From the NCBI RefSeq assembly GCF_009914755.1, contig NC_060927.1: a stretch of DNA of 64,000 bases; one strand, written 5' to 3'. Position numbers and translations under genes: made by a program. The notes beneath the pieces were generated by a model, which did not search any database, had not been told where the DNA came from, and was given only the letters and a program-made list of their open reading frames with translations. The DNA is from the human T2T-CHM13v2.0 reference genome, Homo sapiens. Positions 60,822-64,000 of this stretch are shown one piece after another (within the stretch, counting starts at the first letter, position 1; the number at the start of each line of letters is the position of its first letter).

Positions 60822-61030
60822 ACATTCAGCACTTTTAAAATTACTTGTCTAATATTTTTCTTCCCCACTAGACAGAAAGCTCCATAACTCTAGAGACCAT
60901 CTTTACTGTTATATTTCCAGCCACTAGGACAGTGCTTGTATATTGTAAATATTCAGTAAATGTTTATAGAATTAATGACAAAGAGAAACTTGTGGTGGAA
61001 AATATAATTGAATAGATGGGGTGGATTGAT

Positions 61031-61610
61031 AGTAGGGGTTGGCACACTATGGCCCATGCGCCAAATCTGGCCAGCCGTCTGTTTTTATAAATAAAGTTTT
61101 ATTAGAACATCCCCAATACAACATTTGAGAGTCCTATCTTTACTTTCAACTCAACACATTGAAATATTCCTTAATCATTTTCTTCCTAAACAGTATCTCT
61201 TCAAATATTTCTTGATTCTAAAATGTAAAGTCAGAAATGGGATGTTTCATTCATGTCCTTCAGTCTCTAGATCCAATATGATGAGAAGGCTTGTTTTTCC
61301 TTGAAAGTATCATCCCTTAACTCTCACTGCAACCAACCCTCTTTGTATAAACACCTTACATGTGCTTTATTATGAGAGAAAAACCTTTAATGTTTCTCCT
61401 CCCTTCTGTGTGTATTCTTTTTGCTACTTCAAGACTGATCTTCCTAAAATGTCACTTTAATCCCGTCTTTATGACTTTAATTACTTAGGAACCTGTGATG
61501 ACTCCATTACCAGTCTAGGCCAATCATTATTAATCTAGATCAGGGGTTAGCAAGCTTTTTGTGTAAAGGGCCACAAAGTAAATATTTTAGTATCTGTGGA
61601 CCATATATTC
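61031..61610. mobile_element. Two MER58-type fragments (about 61031-61110 and 61541-61610)
   Basis: AGGGGTTGGCACACTATGGCCCA...AATAAAGTTTTATT; CAGGGGTTAGCAAGCTTTTTGTGTAAAGGGCCA. Confidence 0.65.
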
Positions 61611-62100
61611 TCGGGAAACTGAGAAAGAGTAGGTGACTGCCCTTGGTCACACGGGTATAATAGTGGAACTTAGATATATGGCTCTAGATCCCATGTTCAT
61701 TTTACCAAAAGATCTTTTCTTAAGGGAGAAGTGATTTAGTGAAGTGAAGAGGGGTCCACATGAAGGGCCCACATTAAGTGGTTTCAGATTTTTGTTAAGA
61801 TATCAGGTGAGGTCACCACTGTAAGTGATGGGATCAGAAGGTAACTTAAAGGGAAAGACATCTATGATACTACTATGGGGAGTGTGCAAGAAAGCCCAGG
61901 TTGAATTGAATGCCATGAATTTCAGGTGGTCGGGTGTATCTTGTGCTTTATATTTCTTCAGTGTTCTGTTACCTTGGAGCAGAAGGGGAAGAAGCAAATT
62001 ATAAGGATGACTGAGGATATAGAGTGTGTACTTATATACATATAAATAAAAGATTGACACTCAAGGTCCTTTTGGGAAATTTTGGGCTGCAAGAGTTACA

Positions 62101-63366
62101 CAAGGGAACTTCAAAAAGTTTGTGGAAAAATGGAATTAAAAAATAAAAATAAATTTTATTTCTCAACATCAGCTTCATCTTGTTCAAGATACTTTTTAAA
62201 GTGATGATACCAGCCATATAGTCCATCCTAAAGAACTGAAGGTCTTGGGAATTTAATCATGCCAATGCAGTCTTTTTCACATTATTAACTAAAGAGAAAT
62301 GGGTGCCCTTTATAGACTTTTTCTAGATTAGAAGACGAAAGTCACAAGGAGCCAAATCAGTACTGTATGGTGGATCGAATTGCTCTCAAAATTGGCCTTG
62401 TGTGATGAGAGCAATGAGCAGGAACATGGTTGTGGTGGAGGACTCTCTGGTGAAGCTTTCCTGGGCATTTGTCTGCCAAAGCTTTGGCTAACTTTCTCAA
62501 AACACACTCATAATAAGCAGATATTATTGTTCTTTGTTCCTCCAGAAAGTCAACAAGCAAAATGCCTTGAGCATCCCAAAAAACTATTGCCATGACCTTT
62601 GCTCTTGCCTGGTCTGCATTTGCTTTGACTAGACCACATCTGCCTCTTCATAGCCTTTGCTTTGCTTGTGCTTTTTCTTCAGGATCACACTGATAAAACC
62701 ATGTTTTATCTCCTGTTACAGTTTTTCAAAGAAATGTTTCAGGATGTTGATTCCACATGTTTAAAATTCCCATTAAAAGCTTTGCTCTTGTCTGCAGCTG
62801 ACCTGGACACAACTGTTTTGGCAGCCATCAAGTAGAAACTTTGCTCAACTTTAATTTTTCAGTCAGAATAGTGCAAACTAAACCAGTTGAAATGTCTGTG
62901 GTGTTGGCTGTTGTTTCTGCTGTTAATCGTTGATCTCTTTCAATTAGGGCATGAACAAGATGAATATTTTTCCTCACTAATTGATGGGTATGGTCTACAG
63001 CTGCAGGCTTCACCTTCAACATCATCTCCTTCCTTCTTAAAACGAGTTACCCATTTGTAAACTGCTGATTTCTCTGGGGACATTGTTCCCATAAACTTTT
63101 ATTAAGCATCAGTGATTTTACATTCTTCCACCGAAGCTTCACCATAAATTTGATGTTTGTTCTTGCTTAAATTTTAGCAGAATTTATGTTGCTCTTTGGG
63201 GCTCTTTTCAAACTGATGTCTTATCCTTTTTAATGCCTCAAACTAGATCCTTTTCAGACATGTTATAACAAGTTAGTATGAGTTTATTTTGGTGCAGACA
63301 ATTTTTGAGATCCATGCATAGTTTTTTCATAGTATACATTTTCCATGAACTTTTTGAGTCCTCTCA
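62101..63366 (-). mobile_element. HSMAR2 mariner transposon, near full length, dead transposase
   Basis: TIRs CAAGGGAACTTCAAAAAGTTTGTGGAAAA / TTTTCCATGAACTTTTTGAGTCCTCTCA|TA; minus-strand ORF pieces VFWDAQGILLVDFL...YY and LTEKLKLSKVST resemble mariner transposase. Confidence 0.92.
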
Positions 63367-63784
63367 TAATAATATCATAGTTCAGAAAAGTCTGGTTTAC
63401 ATCACTGCAGCATCTCTTTTTCTTTAATGGACTTTTGACTTCCTCACACCATGTCACCTTTCCTTTTTGTACTTTAATTATAGTCATTGATGTGATAAAG
63501 TTAGGTTGTTCTGAATTATAACAGAGTGAAAACTATGTCACAGCATTTGTCAGTACTGACAACTAGACCACCCCCAGATATGCCCTGCATTTTGGTGTAA
63601 ATAATGGAACAAATAATTTTTTTTCTATTTTCATAATCATTTGTGTAATTATCAGTATTTTTGGCTTATCTACAGGGAATGGGATAATGGGTAAATGTGA
63701 TACTCTAGGTGGAGTATAATTAAATATCTAAAAAAGTCCCTCAAACAGTAGCTGGTTTTTAGGTTGTTTTTATTTCATCATCAG

Positions 63785-63865
63785 GTAAAGAGAGATGAAT
63801 CTGGAGCAATACATGTTACTAAGCAAAAGCATCTTCACCTATACTATGACCTCATCAACTTTACC
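63785..63865 (+). CDS. VPS8: VPS8 exon 15 (to aa 408); gene continues past the window
   Basis: atcag|GTA...ACC|gtgagt; 81 nt; VKRDESGAIHVTKQKHLHLYYDLINFT. Confidence 0.93.
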
Positions 63866-64000
63866 GTGAGTATTATTCAAATTAAATATCCCCATTTAGT
63901 TCATGTAATTGTTCTGAATCTATGATATATTAAAGCTACCAGGATTTCTGCCAAGAATTATTACCTTTAAGATCATATGAAATATGGACAGTCCGGCACC

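Noticed and set aside
62357-63025. Transposase-like ORFs as a possible domesticated gene
   Set aside because: Fragmented across frames, catalytic motif degraded, start codon lost; a fossil HSMAR2.

Overview
Primate genomic DNA, recognised from the peptide as the human VPS8 locus (CORVET tethering-complex subunit). Positions 1 to about 15.7 kb are repeat-dense upstream sequence. A CpG-island promoter and non-coding exon 1 lie at about 15.8-16.6 kb. Fourteen coding exons on the + strand (28435-63865) have GT-AG boundaries and consistent phase and splice into 408 uninterrupted codons (acidic N-terminus, then the start of the beta-propeller); the gene continues beyond the window. The rest is Alu, L1, L2, MIR, MaLR/ERVL LTRs and DNA transposons (near-full-length HSMAR2, Tigger3b, Tigger2a, MER30 and others); subfamily names are from memory of consensus sequences. 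Almost all entries in the ORF track are spurious. I found no new multi-gene system. The most interesting signals concern RNA processing of VPS8: a candidate dual-use exon in intron 5 (in-frame cassette or alternative last exon with its own poly(A) signal), a 6-nt microexon with an RBFOX site, a spliced uORF whose frame depends on acceptor choice, competing NMD-inducing splice sites, and a ~205-bp duplication that splits the CpG island.
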